Assembly (NCBI GenBank): GCA_031367385.1
Contig: JANLPS010000187.1
Location: forward strand, 1 to 11,997
DNA length: 11,997 nt
Reading direction: 5' to 3'
DNA from: Archangium sp.
Lineage (GTDB): Bacteria > Myxococcota > Myxococcia > Myxococcales > Myxococcaceae
In this document: one piece after another, positions 1 to 7,909 of the stretch
Layout: each line of letters opens with the position of its first letter
How positions within the stretch are numbered: the stretch's first letter is position 1
Program-made: the position numbers and the translations under genes
The notes under the pieces: model-generated
What the model was told of the DNA's origin: nothing
What the model saw: only the letters and a program-made list of their open reading frames with translations
The model's database searches: none

Positions 1-626
1 GCCTGCCGCAGCGTGCGCGCAAGAATTTGGGCAACCTCGACATCACTGGGAGGCCCGACTTCGACGTGCGTACCGCTCGGCCCCCACAGGGCCTCGGGTA
101 CCAACAGATGCAAGTGCGGCGTCAGCTGCAAATGGCTGCCAAACCACTGCGTGAAACAGACTCCGCCGCCGTTGAAAAATACTGAAGCGTGCCCGCTGTG
201 TTTGGCTCGCTGCCGCTGCCAGCGCCAAATGCCTTTCACCAGGCGCCGCTCGAGGTATTTGAGCAGTCGCGGTTGCTTCACCACCGCATGCCTTACCGAG
301 AACGGCAGGCTCAACGTCCACTGACGATGGGTGACGCGGGGCAACACGTTCGCCAGGTGCGCTCCCGTCTCTGCAGCTCGACGGGCTGTACACGATGGGC
401 ACCACCCTCGCCCTTTGCATGAAAACGCGATGAGCCGTGAGTCCCCGCATGCCTCGCATGTCACTTCGACGAATCCGCAACGCAGCTGACCGCAGTCGAG
501 GTACCGCTCCGCCTCCTGCTTCACACGCCTCGGCACGCACCCAGACACGGCCGCCCAGCCCCGTCGAAAGGCCTCCAGCAGCACCGACTTCTCCGGCGCC
601 CGCCGCCGGCCCTCCTCGCCGCCCAC
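1..626 (-). mobile_element. IS91-family (rolling-circle HUH/Y2) transposase, N-terminal ~208 aa; runs off the left edge
   Basis: Not in the ORF track; translated by hand from GTG at 626 (in-frame TAG at 638-636 upstream): MGGEEGRRRAPEKSVLLEAF...RYLDCGQLRCGFVEVTCEACGDSRLIAFSCKGRGWCPSC...VLPRVTHRQWTLSLP...FTQWFGSHLQLTPHLHLLVPEALW. It contains the IS91 zinc-binding motif (CxxC...SCKxRxxCPSC), RQWxLxLP and the HUH motif (PHLHLL). Confidence 0.92.
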
Positions 627-674
627 ACCTGCCGTCTACTCGCCACCCCTGACAGCCACCTCGGCCGACGTTGC

Positions 675-878
675 TCACCGGCGATGCGGTACCGCCTCGG
701 GCTCGGCCTTGAACCGCTCGGCGAAGAGCCGCTTGAACACCGGCTCTGAGGTCGCGACTGCATCGACCGCCACGTCAACATCGCGTTCTTCGCTCTCGAG
801 CAGGTAGGCGACCACGAGCCACGCTGCGATTTCGCCGCGCAGGAACAGGCTGACTCCACCGCCGAGTACGGCGTGCAT
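675..878 (-). CDS. Small hypothetical protein or 3' gene remnant (67 aa)
   Basis: ATG at 878 gives MHAVLGGGVSLFLRGEIAAWLVVAYLLESEERDVDVAVDAVATSEPVFKRLFAERFKAEPEAVPHRR. Third codon positions are GC-rich and the sequence is protein-like. There is no RBS, and the start abuts the truncated FTR1 gene. Confidence 0.4.
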   Translation of the reverse strand: MHAVLGGGVSLFLRGEIAAWLVVAYLLESEERDVDVAVDAVATSEPVFKRLFAERFKAEPEAVPHRR

Positions 879-2282
879 GAAGACCCCGCGGCGGCGATGA
901 ACCCGAAGCCGGCGAACTTTCACGACCCGGCGCGCATGGGCACGCTGACGCCGTACAAGGCCTTCAACACCACCACCTTCGGGGTCGCGGGCACGTTGAT
1001 GGCCGCGTTTCCCCAGCTCAGTGACCAACAGCGGTGGAACCTGGCGTTCTACCTCTTCACACTGCGGCAGCCCGAGTGCCCGGCTGGCACGGCGCCTCCC
1101 AACGCGAGCCTGCAGCAGCTGGCGACCTCGACCGACGGCGCGTTGGGGCAGGCGTTCGGGTCAGCGCAGGTCGCGTGCTTGCGCCGGCTGATGCCGGTAG
1201 TCGATGCGCATTCGTCGCTGAATCTCGCCATCATCGGCGTGCGCCATGCGCTCGAGCTGTCGCAGCAGGGTCGTCATGACGAAGCCCGGCAAGCCATCAT
1301 CGATGCGTACCTGACGGGCGTCGAGCCGGTCGAGCCTTTGCTTCGCTCACGCGACGCGACGTTGGTCTCGCAGATCGAGAGCGCGGTCAGCGCGGCGAGG
1401 CTCACCGCCCAACGCGGCGCAAACCTCGAGCATGACGGGCACGTGCTGCTCTCAGTTCTGCAGAAGGCGTCGACGCAGCGTGCGTCAGGCGACTTCTGGT
1501 CGGTGTTCATCACGGCGCTGCTGATCATTCTGCGCGAGGGCTTTGAAGCAGCGATCGTGGTCGGGGCGTTGCTCGCGGTGCTCAAGAAGATGGGGGCGAC
1601 TGAGCAGACCCGGGTCGTTCACCTGGGCTGGCTCGTAGCACTCGTCTTCAGCGTTGTGGTGTACCTCTTTGGTCAGCGCCTGCTCGCCGGCGCCAATCGG
1701 GAGTGGATGGAGACCGTCGTCTCATTGCTCGCCGTCGGCATGTTGGTCTACGCGGCGCTCTGGATCAACGCGCGCTCGAACGTGAGCAAGTACATGGGCG
1801 AGCTGCGCGCGAAAATGAAGGGCGCGGTCGGCAGCGGCAACCTGATGGGCCTGTTTCTCATCTCATTCACCTCGGTGGGCCGCGAGACGCTCGAAACGGC
1901 GCTGTTCGTCGAAGGCCTCGCGGGCGATTCACCAGCCGGGGCAGGGTGGGGGGCCGTCGCGGGCCTCGCGGTGTTGGGCGGCTTCTTGCTCTTCGTGCGC
2001 AAGATGGGGTTCGTGCTGCCGATGAAGACGCTCTTCAAGGCGTCGACGGTGATGCTGGTGGCCACCGCGGTGATGTTGATCGGCCGCGGCTTTCACGGGC
2101 TGCAGGAGCTGGGTGTGCTGCCCCTGGCGCCAGCCCATTTCATTACCATCGAAGCGCTGGGCATTTTCTCCGATTGGGTGTCGCTCATCCCTCAGCTCAT
2201 TCTGGGAGGAGCGCCACTCATCTGGTGGCTGGCGAAGCGCCCTCAGGTCACCGTTCGCCCCGCGGGCCTCGAGGGGCCTTGA
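873..2282 (+). pseudogene. Cytochrome c/FTR1-family iron permease (PbrT/EfeU-like), 5'-truncated
   Basis: FTR1 domain with two RExxE motifs (LREGFEA, GRETLET) and multiple TM helices. The N-terminus retains the distal half of a class I cytochrome c (PKPANFHD...GTLMAAF..LSDQQRWNLAFYL) but has no CxxCH and no signal peptide. In-frame TGA at 747-749. Confidence 0.8.
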
Positions 2283-2309
2283 GGCAGGCCGCGAGGTCGC
2301 GCCGCCTCA
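2280..2309. terminator. GC-rich hairpin between convergent genes
   Basis: TGAGGC-a-GG-c-CGCG-aggt-CGCG-CC-GCCTCA. The stem ends are the stop codons of the two convergent ORFs. No U-tract. Confidence 0.4.
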
Positions 2310-3110
2310 GTGCTGCACGTTGATGGTGATCGGTTGCGTCCACGGAAACTGCAGCTCCGCCTGGCCGCCTTCGTCACGAGCGACGAAAAACGCCTGCATG
2401 TTCACCACGTAGGGGCCCGGTTTCAAGGCGTGCGCTGCGGCGGGTACCCACTTCGACGGCCTGCTGTCGACGAACGTCTGCGGCGTCAAGGTCACTCGGT
2501 TACCGCTTCGATCGCTCGCCGCGAGATAGCTCTCGTCTTTGATGTTCGGCTGCCAGGCGATGACGCCTGTGAGCGCCAAGGGTCCAGCCCACTCCAGTGA
2601 AACGGGGTGTTCGCCATCCCACTGGTCGACGTCGATGCTCGAGGGGCCGAATGACCCAGGCTGGGCCATATTCTCAAACACCCACGTTTGATGGTCTGCA
2701 TCTGCCTGCAGCGCGATGACCAATTTGCCACCGGCCGCCTCGATGGTCGGCCACAGCTCGGCGATACCGACAAGCAAGGTCGGGGCGTCGCACGAGGAGC
2801 CGTCGCTTGCAGCGGCCTGGCGACCTTTGCTCAGGATTTCAAAGGGCACTCCATTCGCCGTACCGCGAAAATTCTCGCCGAGGGAGGTGTCGGCCGGGCA
2901 TCGGCCATCTCTTCGGTTGAGTGTGACCGACAGCGCGCCTTGCCGATTGTCTTCGGTACGATCTGCACGAGCGCTCAAGCGAAATTCGTTCAACCGCGCG
3001 GCCGCGGGTGAGGGGGAGACCGATTGCTCTCCTCCTCCACAGGCTGCGATAAACAACAGAGAAAACCGTGCGAAGGGCAGCGAACAGAGCGAAACCGATT
3101 GATTCTCCAT
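2307..3110 (-). CDS. Hypothetical lipoprotein (267 aa)
   Basis: Probable start MENQSVSL at 3110; hydrophobic stretch and lipobox FIAA-C; one Cys pair; beta-rich C-terminal half. No family recognised. Confidence 0.7.
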   Translation of the reverse strand: MENQSVSLCSLPFARFSLLFIAACGGGEQSVSPSPAAARLNEFRLSARADRTEDNRQGALSVTLNRRDGRCPADTSLGENFRGTANGVPFEILSKGRQAAASDGSSCDAPTLLVGIAELWPTIEAAGGKLVIALQADADHQTWVFENMAQPGSFGPSSIDVDQWDGEHPVSLEWAGPLALTGVIAWQPNIKDESYLAASDRSGNRVTLTPQTFVDSRPSKWVPAAAHALKPGPYVVNMQAFFVARDEGGQAELQFPWTQPITINVQH

Positions 3111-3276
3111 GTTGCGGCGTTGAGCGGCGATCATGCCGCCGGCCGTCGCAATGAAATCAGAGTTTCTGCGCTGCACTTGCACGTGAAGTGCTTCACATGT
3201 GTGAAGGCGATTGCACACGAGACGTCACGTCAACGGGTCGTCTTCGACTCAAGTCGACCCTCGCAAACGGTCTCCC

Positions 3277-3768
3277 CTAGTGTTGTTCTTGGTTACTTAT
3301 TTGCTTGGGCACGAGCGTCAAGTCGACCATGCGGTCGGCAGACCACTTTGCCGGATCGGGTGAGGAGCCTTCTTCACCACGTGAACTGACGTGCATCCGG
3401 GCTGCTGGCACGCCCTTCTGTTCGAGGTACTTCGCGACATGGTCAGCGCGGCTTTTGCCGAGCTCTTTGTTGTACCCCTCAGTGCCGGTCGGGTCGGTGT
3501 AGCCGACGATGTTCACTGACCGATCTTTCAGCGCACCGGTGGTGAAACACGTGGCGAGCGAATCGAGGCGGGCCGATGCGTCGGTCAACACCGTGGTCGA
3601 GTCGTTGTCGAAGTACGCGTCGGCCGCGGTGTCACCGCACGCTTCACGAATCTTTTGGTCGAGACGCACGGCGCCTTTGCCGTCTGCAGTTCGCACTTCA
3701 GTGTGCGCGCAACCCGAGGTGAGACAAAAAGCCAGAGCTGCAACGGTGCCGGTGATGAACTTGGTCAT
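3277..3768 (-). CDS. OmpA/Pal-like peptidoglycan-binding lipoprotein
   Basis: Lipobox LTSG-C; OmpA_C-like motifs YFDNDS, IVGYTDPTGTEGYNKELGKSRADHVAKYL, SRGEE, DRMVDL. Confidence 0.9.
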   Translation of the reverse strand: MTKFITGTVAALAFCLTSGCAHTEVRTADGKGAVRLDQKIREACGDTAADAYFDNDSTTVLTDASARLDSLATCFTTGALKDRSVNIVGYTDPTGTEGYNKELGKSRADHVAKYLEQKGVPAARMHVSSRGEEGSSPDPAKWSADRMVDLTLVPKQISNQEQH

Positions 3769-3776
3769 AGAGAAGA

Positions 3777-4058
3777 TTCTCGAAGCTCGAGGCGGGTAGC
3801 TGCACCTTCGTCAATGAGGTCATCGACCCGGCGGCTCAGGTCAGCGGCGTGGTTCGAGTGCTCAGCCAGGAGGCCACGCGTCGAGGGCTGACGCTCGAGG
3901 TCTTCAAAGGCCCGGCGCTCCTGGCGGTGGGCGATGGAGAAGCCTTGCGCCAGGTGCTCTTCAACCTCGTCGGCAACGCCCTCAAGTTCACCGCCCACGG
4001 CAGCGTGCGCGTCGAGCTGTCTGTCGAGTCTGGGAGGCTGCGCGTTTCAGTGCGAGAT
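3777..4058 (+). pseudogene. Sensor histidine kinase internal fragment (end of HisKA to start of the G1 box)
   Basis: Reads FSKLEAG...GDGEALRQVLFNLVGNALKFTAHGSVRV...LRVSVRD. The N box is intact, the H box is absent (in-frame TAG at 3768-3770), and similarity stops at the D of DxGxG. Confidence 0.85.
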
Positions 4059-4244
4059 GTCGAGGCGACGGGGCAGGTCGCAGGGCTGCGGGTGCTGGCT
4101 GACACGACGCGGGTGTCACGGGGTGCCGAAGCTGATCACCAGCAGCTGATCAAGCTGATCACCCGCGCGGCTCGGGGCCTTCGTTTTCCCAAGCAGCGAG
4201 GTCGTTCACGGGTGACGTTGCCGATGGTGTTCGAGCGTTCGTAG
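4059..4244 (+). pseudogene. C-terminal remnant of an unrelated protein (TonB_C/AgmX-PglI-like pattern), in frame with the kinase fragment
   Basis: VEATGQVAGLRVLADT...ITRAARGLRFPKQRGRSRVTLPMVFERS* fits the GxV...FP...VTxPxxF end pattern. Assigned by eye. Confidence 0.5.
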
Positions 4245-4275
4245 GTCAAGTCGTTGAAAACGTTGGCGAATTCGA

Positions 4276-4306
4276 TGTACTGCATGCAGTACAATTTTGT
4301 ACTGCA
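4276..4306. repeat. Three copies of TGTACTGCA in alternating orientation
   Basis: TGTACTGCA (4276-4284), TGCAGTACA (4285-4293), attt, TGTACTGCA (4298-4306). Confidence 0.9.
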
Positions 4307-4308
4307 GG

Positions 4309-5589
4309 TCACTGCCTCGCCCGCATGATCGCCGCGCTGGTGCGGTTGACCCAGTAGATGCACGACCCGACCGCGACCAGGCCGCCCGGTATCGACTGGC
4401 TGGTCGCGAGGTCGACCGGAGTGCCACCACCGAATGCGCCCTTCTGCACTTTGCTGCGGCCGTAGTCCGTCCAGTACAGGTTCTCGTCTGTCGCAATCAT
4501 CGACCCGATGAAGCCCAGGCCTGAGAACAGCGTCGTCGCCGCGCCGCCGCCGGTCGCGACTGCGCCGATCGTGCCGCTGGTGGTGCCCCAGTACACGGTG
4601 TTCTGCGCCAGTGCCACGGTGGTCGCGCGCCCCAACCCGGTCGCCAGCTGCTTCGGAGTCGCTCCGCTCTTCATCACGTTGCCGCTGGTATCAGTCACCC
4701 AGTACGCGGTGCCATCGAGCCCCACCGCCACGTCGCTGGGCACGTCGGGCTCGCTCGCGATCGTGGTCACGGCGCCTCCGGCCACGGGTATTTTGCGCAC
4801 GGTGCGGCCATTCGAAGTGGTGAAGGTGACTGCGCCTGCTGCGACCTGGAGGTGAAACGCGGTGTCGGCGTAGATCGGCACCGCCGTGCCCCCCGACTTG
4901 GCGACTCGAAAAAGGCCCTTGCCGGGGTAGCTCGCCCAGTAGACGAAGCTCGCGTCGAGCCCCATGTACCCGGGCGACGTCAGGCCCGAGGCGAGCGTGA
5001 CTGGTGCTCCGCCGCTCAGCGACATTTTGCTCACCGTGCCCAAGGCGCTGTTGGTCCAGAAGATCGATGCTCCGTCAGAGACGATGCCTTCGGGTCTGCC
5101 GGTGGTTTGCAAGACCACCTCGGGCGCAGTGAGCGCAGCGCAGTCGGGAAATCTCGCACCCGCATCGAGCACCATCGTGCCGCCGCCACCCCCGGTGCCA
5201 GTGGGCAGAGGCCCCACTTCAATCGTCACCGTGCCGTCGGCGCTCTCGTCTTTCGACGCCCAGGTCGCGGTGACCCGAATCGGCCCATGACAGTCGGGGT
5301 CTGCATTGACGGCGCAGCTGAACACCGCCGAGGCCTTGCCGGCCGCATCGAGCGCCACCGCTTGGGCCGTGCCCAGCGACCCGGCCGACGATTTGAACGA
5401 GACCGAGCCCGCGCCGGGCTTTCCTGATCCACCCGTGACTGTCGCCGAGATGGTCGATTCGCTGCCCTGATCATCGACGGCCCGTGCAGACGCCGAGAGA
5501 TCGAGCCCCGCACCGGCTTTCGAGCCGCCCTGGCACCCACTCAGAACCACCCCCAAACACCCAATCACCAGCCGCGCTGACGAGCTCAT
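4309..5589 (-). CDS. Lipoprotein with an Ig-like domain and a 7-repeat YWT-type beta-propeller
   Basis: Lipobox LSG-C; Big-1-like segment (TISATVT...VSFKSSAGSL...LDAAGKAS); Gly linker; seven ~40-aa repeats centred on IFWT, VYWA, VTFT, AYWV, VYWG, LYWT and IYWV. Confidence 0.85.
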   Translation of the reverse strand: MSSSARLVIGCLGVVLSGCQGGSKAGAGLDLSASARAVDDQGSESTISATVTGGSGKPGAGSVSFKSSAGSLGTAQAVALDAAGKASAVFSCAVNADPDCHGPIRVTATWASKDESADGTVTIEVGPLPTGTGGGGGTMVLDAGARFPDCAALTAPEVVLQTTGRPEGIVSDGASIFWTNSALGTVSKMSLSGGAPVTLASGLTSPGYMGLDASFVYWASYPGKGLFRVAKSGGTAVPIYADTAFHLQVAAGAVTFTTSNGRTVRKIPVAGGAVTTIASEPDVPSDVAVGLDGTAYWVTDTSGNVMKSGATPKQLATGLGRATTVALAQNTVYWGTTSGTIGAVATGGGAATTLFSGLGFIGSMIATDENLYWTDYGRSKVQKGAFGGGTPVDLATSQSIPGGLVAVGSCIYWVNRTSAAIMRARQ

Positions 5590-5698
5590 GAGCGCGCGAA
5601 ACTACACGGTCTCTCCCGAGGCTGAGGGGGCATTTCAAAAGTGAAATGAGACCGGGTACGGGGCCTGGGCGAGATGCTTGCTTGAGGGCTCTTTCCGG

Positions 5699-5707
5699 TG
5701 CTATCCG
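5699..5707 (+). promoter_or_regulatory. Possible extended -10 of the rpsB promoter
   Basis: TGcTATCCG, with TTGCTT at 5678-5683, upstream of the leader RNA. Weak match. Confidence 0.3.
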
Positions 5708-5761
5708 TTTCACCGCCCGCGCGGAGCCGTCAATCTCCGACAAGGGTGCAGCGCCACTACT

Positions 5762-5847
5762 CACACGCGTGGTCCGGTCCCAGGTGCTCCTGACATGGTG
5801 TCAGGAGTGGGTTCTCCGGGTTTCACCATCGCGTGGCGGACACAACC
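5762..5847 (+). ncRNA. rpsB leader (t44-like, S2 autoregulatory RNA)
   Basis: CACACGCG...CGCGTGG outer stem, internal GGTG, hairpin CTCCTGACA-tgg-TGTCAGGAG (5787-5807), and 3' GGCGGACACAACC paralleling the GGAGGCATAACC of enterobacterial rpsB leaders. Lies directly 5' of rpsB. Confidence 0.8.
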
Positions 5848-5866
5848 TGAAGAAAGCATCACCACA

Positions 5867-6847
5867 ATGAGCGAGACGACGACCGAAGTTGCAGCAGACA
5901 CCGCAGCCCCCCCGATGGAGTCACAACCGGGCCTGGCCTCATCGGGCGGCATCACGATGCGCCAGATGCTCGAAGCCGGCGTTCACTTTGGTCACCAGAC
6001 CAAGCGGTGGAACCCGAAGATGAAGCCGTACATCTTCGGCGCCCGCAATGGCATTTACATCATCGACCTGCAGAAGACCGTCGCGTTGGCCCGTGCGGCC
6101 CTGCGCTTCGTCTCTGACGTGAGCGCGCGCGGTGGCTCGGTGCTGTTCGTCGGCACCAAGAAGCAGGCCCAAGACGTGGTTCGTGAAGAGGCGGCCCGCG
6201 CGGGTCAGTTCTTCGTCACCAACCGCTGGTTGGGTGGCACCCTGACCAACTTCAAGACCATCAAGCAGGGCATCGACCGCCTCAAGGCGCTCGAGACGAT
6301 GGCCGAAGACGGCACGTTCGATCGTCTGCCGAAGAAAGAGGTCGCTGGCCTGACCCGCGAGCAAGAGAAGCTCGAGAAGAACCTGGGCGGCGTCAAGCAG
6401 CTCAACCGCCTGCCGGGCGCGCTGTTCGTGATCGACCCGAAAAAAGAGACCATCGCGGTGCACGAGGCCAACCGCCTCGGCATTCCCGTGTTGGGCCTGG
6501 TCGACACCAACTGTGACCCCGACGGCATCGACTACGTGATCCCCGGCAATGACGACGCGATTCGGTCGATCAAGCTCTTCACCGGCAAGATCGCCGACGC
6601 CTGCATCGAAGGTTCAGCCCGCTACCGTGCCTCAGGCGCGGCCGAGCGTGACGCCGAGCAAGAGAAGCGTGGCGGAGACCGTGGCGCAGAGCGCAACAAC
6701 CGTGGTGGTGATGATCGCCGCCGCCCGCCTCGCCGTGAAGGCCGTGGCCCGGTCGTCGAGATGAAGCCGGCTTCAGTCGAAGAAGCGGCCACGCCGGCGC
6801 CTGAAGGCGTCGTGCCGTCGCCCGCTCCGAGCGCGACCGCCGAATAA
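5867..6847 (+). CDS. rpsB: 30S ribosomal protein S2
   Basis: [57 protein letters not shown]. Start placed at ATG 5867 after the leader; downstream ATGs are possible. Confidence 0.99.
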   Translation: MSETTTEVAADTAAPPMESQPGLASSGGITMRQMLEAGVHFGHQTKRWNPKMKPYIFGARNGIYIIDLQKTVALARAALRFVSDVSARGGSVLFVGTKKQAQDVVREEAARAGQFFVTNRWLGGTLTNFKTIKQGIDRLKALETMAEDGTFDRLPKKEVAGLTREQEKLEKNLGGVKQLNRLPGALFVIDPKKETIAVHEANRLGIPVLGLVDTNCDPDGIDYVIPGNDDAIRSIKLFTGKIADACIEGSARYRASGAAERDAEQEKRGGDRGAERNNRGGDDRRRPPRREGRGPVVEMKPASVEEAATPAPEGVVPSPAPSATAE

Positions 6848-6849
6848 TT

Positions 6850-6870
6850 CGGCTTCGGTCGTTTTCTTTT
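6850..6870 (+). terminator. Short UUCG hairpin plus U-tract after rpsB
   Basis: CGGC-TTCG-GTCG followed by TTTTCTTTT. Confidence 0.45.
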
Positions 6871-6876
6871 GAGTTT

Positions 6877-6928
6877 CGGAGCGTCGGCGATGGGGCAACC
6901 CACTTCACCGGCGCTCCGGTTGTTTTTT
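6877..6928 (+). terminator. Intrinsic terminator/attenuator between rpsB and tsf
   Basis: CGGAGCGTCGG...TGGG-GCAA-CCCA...CCGGCGCTCCG (GNRA loop) followed by GTTGTTTTTT. Confidence 0.7.
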
Positions 6929-6961
6929 GAATCAAACCTCTTATTTCGATTGGTGAATCAC

Positions 6962-7909
6962 ATGGCTGAGATCAGTGCGCAGATGGTCAAAGAGCTCCGC
7001 GAGAAGACCGGCGCGGGCATGATGGATTGTAAGAAGGCCTTGTCGGAGACGGCGGGCGACTTCGTGAAGGCCGAAGAGTGGCTTCGCAAGAAGGGCATCT
7101 CGAAGGCTGCCAGCAAGGGTGGCCGGGTCGTGGCTGAAGGTCTGGTCGCGGTCGAAGTGCTCAACGGCGGCAAGCTTGGCGTCGCGGTCGAGGTGAACTC
7201 AGAGACCGACTTCGTGGCTCGCAACGACGACTTCGTGAAGCTGACCCAGGGCATGGTGCAGCACGTCGGCCGCCACGCACCCAAAGACATGGCCAACTTG
7301 CTCGAGCAGGCGTGGACCGACGGCAAGAGCGTGAAAGACGCGCTGACCGAGAAGGTCGCCACCATCGGCGAGAACATCTCGGTGCGCCGCTTTGCCCGCT
7401 TCGCGGTCGAGGGTGCTGGCACCGTGGGCGCGTACCTGCACGCCAACAACCGCATCGCGACGCTGGTCGAGGTGCTCGGCTCAGACAAAGAAGAGGCCAA
7501 GGTGATGGCCAAGGAGCTCGCGATGCAGGTCGCGGCGATGAACCCTCGCTGGGTCTCGCGTGAGTTCGTGCCCGCCGATGTGATCGAGAAAGAGCGCGAG
7601 ATTTACCGCGAAGAGATTCGCAATCCCGCTCCTCCGGCGCCGGGCGAGGTTCGCAACAACAAGAAGATACCGCCTGAAGAGCGGTGGCCGATGATCATCG
7701 AAGGCAAGCTGGGCAAGTTCTACGAGAACAACTGCCTGGTCGATCAAGTGTCGATCAAAGACGACAAGAAGAAGGTCAAAGACCTGATCGCCGCCGTGGG
7801 CCCCGAGGTGAAGGTCGGCCGCGTCATTCGCTTCGAGGTCGGCGAAGGCATCGAGAAGAAGAAAGAAGACTTGGCCGCTGAGGTCGCGAAGACCTTGGGC
7901 CAGGCGTAA
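6962..7909 (+). CDS. tsf: Translation elongation factor Ts (315 aa)
   Basis: MAEISAQMVKELREKTGAGMMDCKKAL, EVNSETDFVARN, IGENISVRRF, RFEVGEGIEKK. GGTGA SD-like sequence before ATG 6962. Confidence 0.99.
   Translation: MAEISAQMVKELREKTGAGMMDCKKALSETAGDFVKAEEWLRKKGISKAASKGGRVVAEGLVAVEVLNGGKLGVAVEVNSETDFVARNDDFVKLTQGMVQHVGRHAPKDMANLLEQAWTDGKSVKDALTEKVATIGENISVRRFARFAVEGAGTVGAYLHANNRIATLVEVLGSDKEEAKVMAKELAMQVAAMNPRWVSREFVPADVIEKEREIYREEIRNPAPPAPGEVRNNKKIPPEERWPMIIEGKLGKFYENNCLVDQVSIKDDKKKVKDLIAAVGPEVKVGRVIRFEVGEGIEKKKEDLAAEVAKTLGQA

Noticed and set aside
13..678. Track ORFs 13-324, 43-678, 189-422 and 437-652
   Set aside because: Shadow frames of the IS91 transposase; Arg/Pro/Gly-rich with no motifs.
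3111..3218. Longer start for the 2307 lipoprotein
   Set aside because: It would bury the lipobox about 60 residues in and overlaps the palindromic upstream region.
4245..4306. CRISPR repeat or integron attC
   Set aside because: No spacers or cas genes; AAC and GTT are adjacent rather than flanking the palindrome as attC requires.
5678..5866. 63-aa N-terminal extension of rpsB from TTG 5678
   Set aside because: It spans the promoter and the structured rpsB leader.
6869..6961. Upstream start for tsf
   Set aside because: It runs through the terminator hairpin; homology starts at MAEISA (6962).
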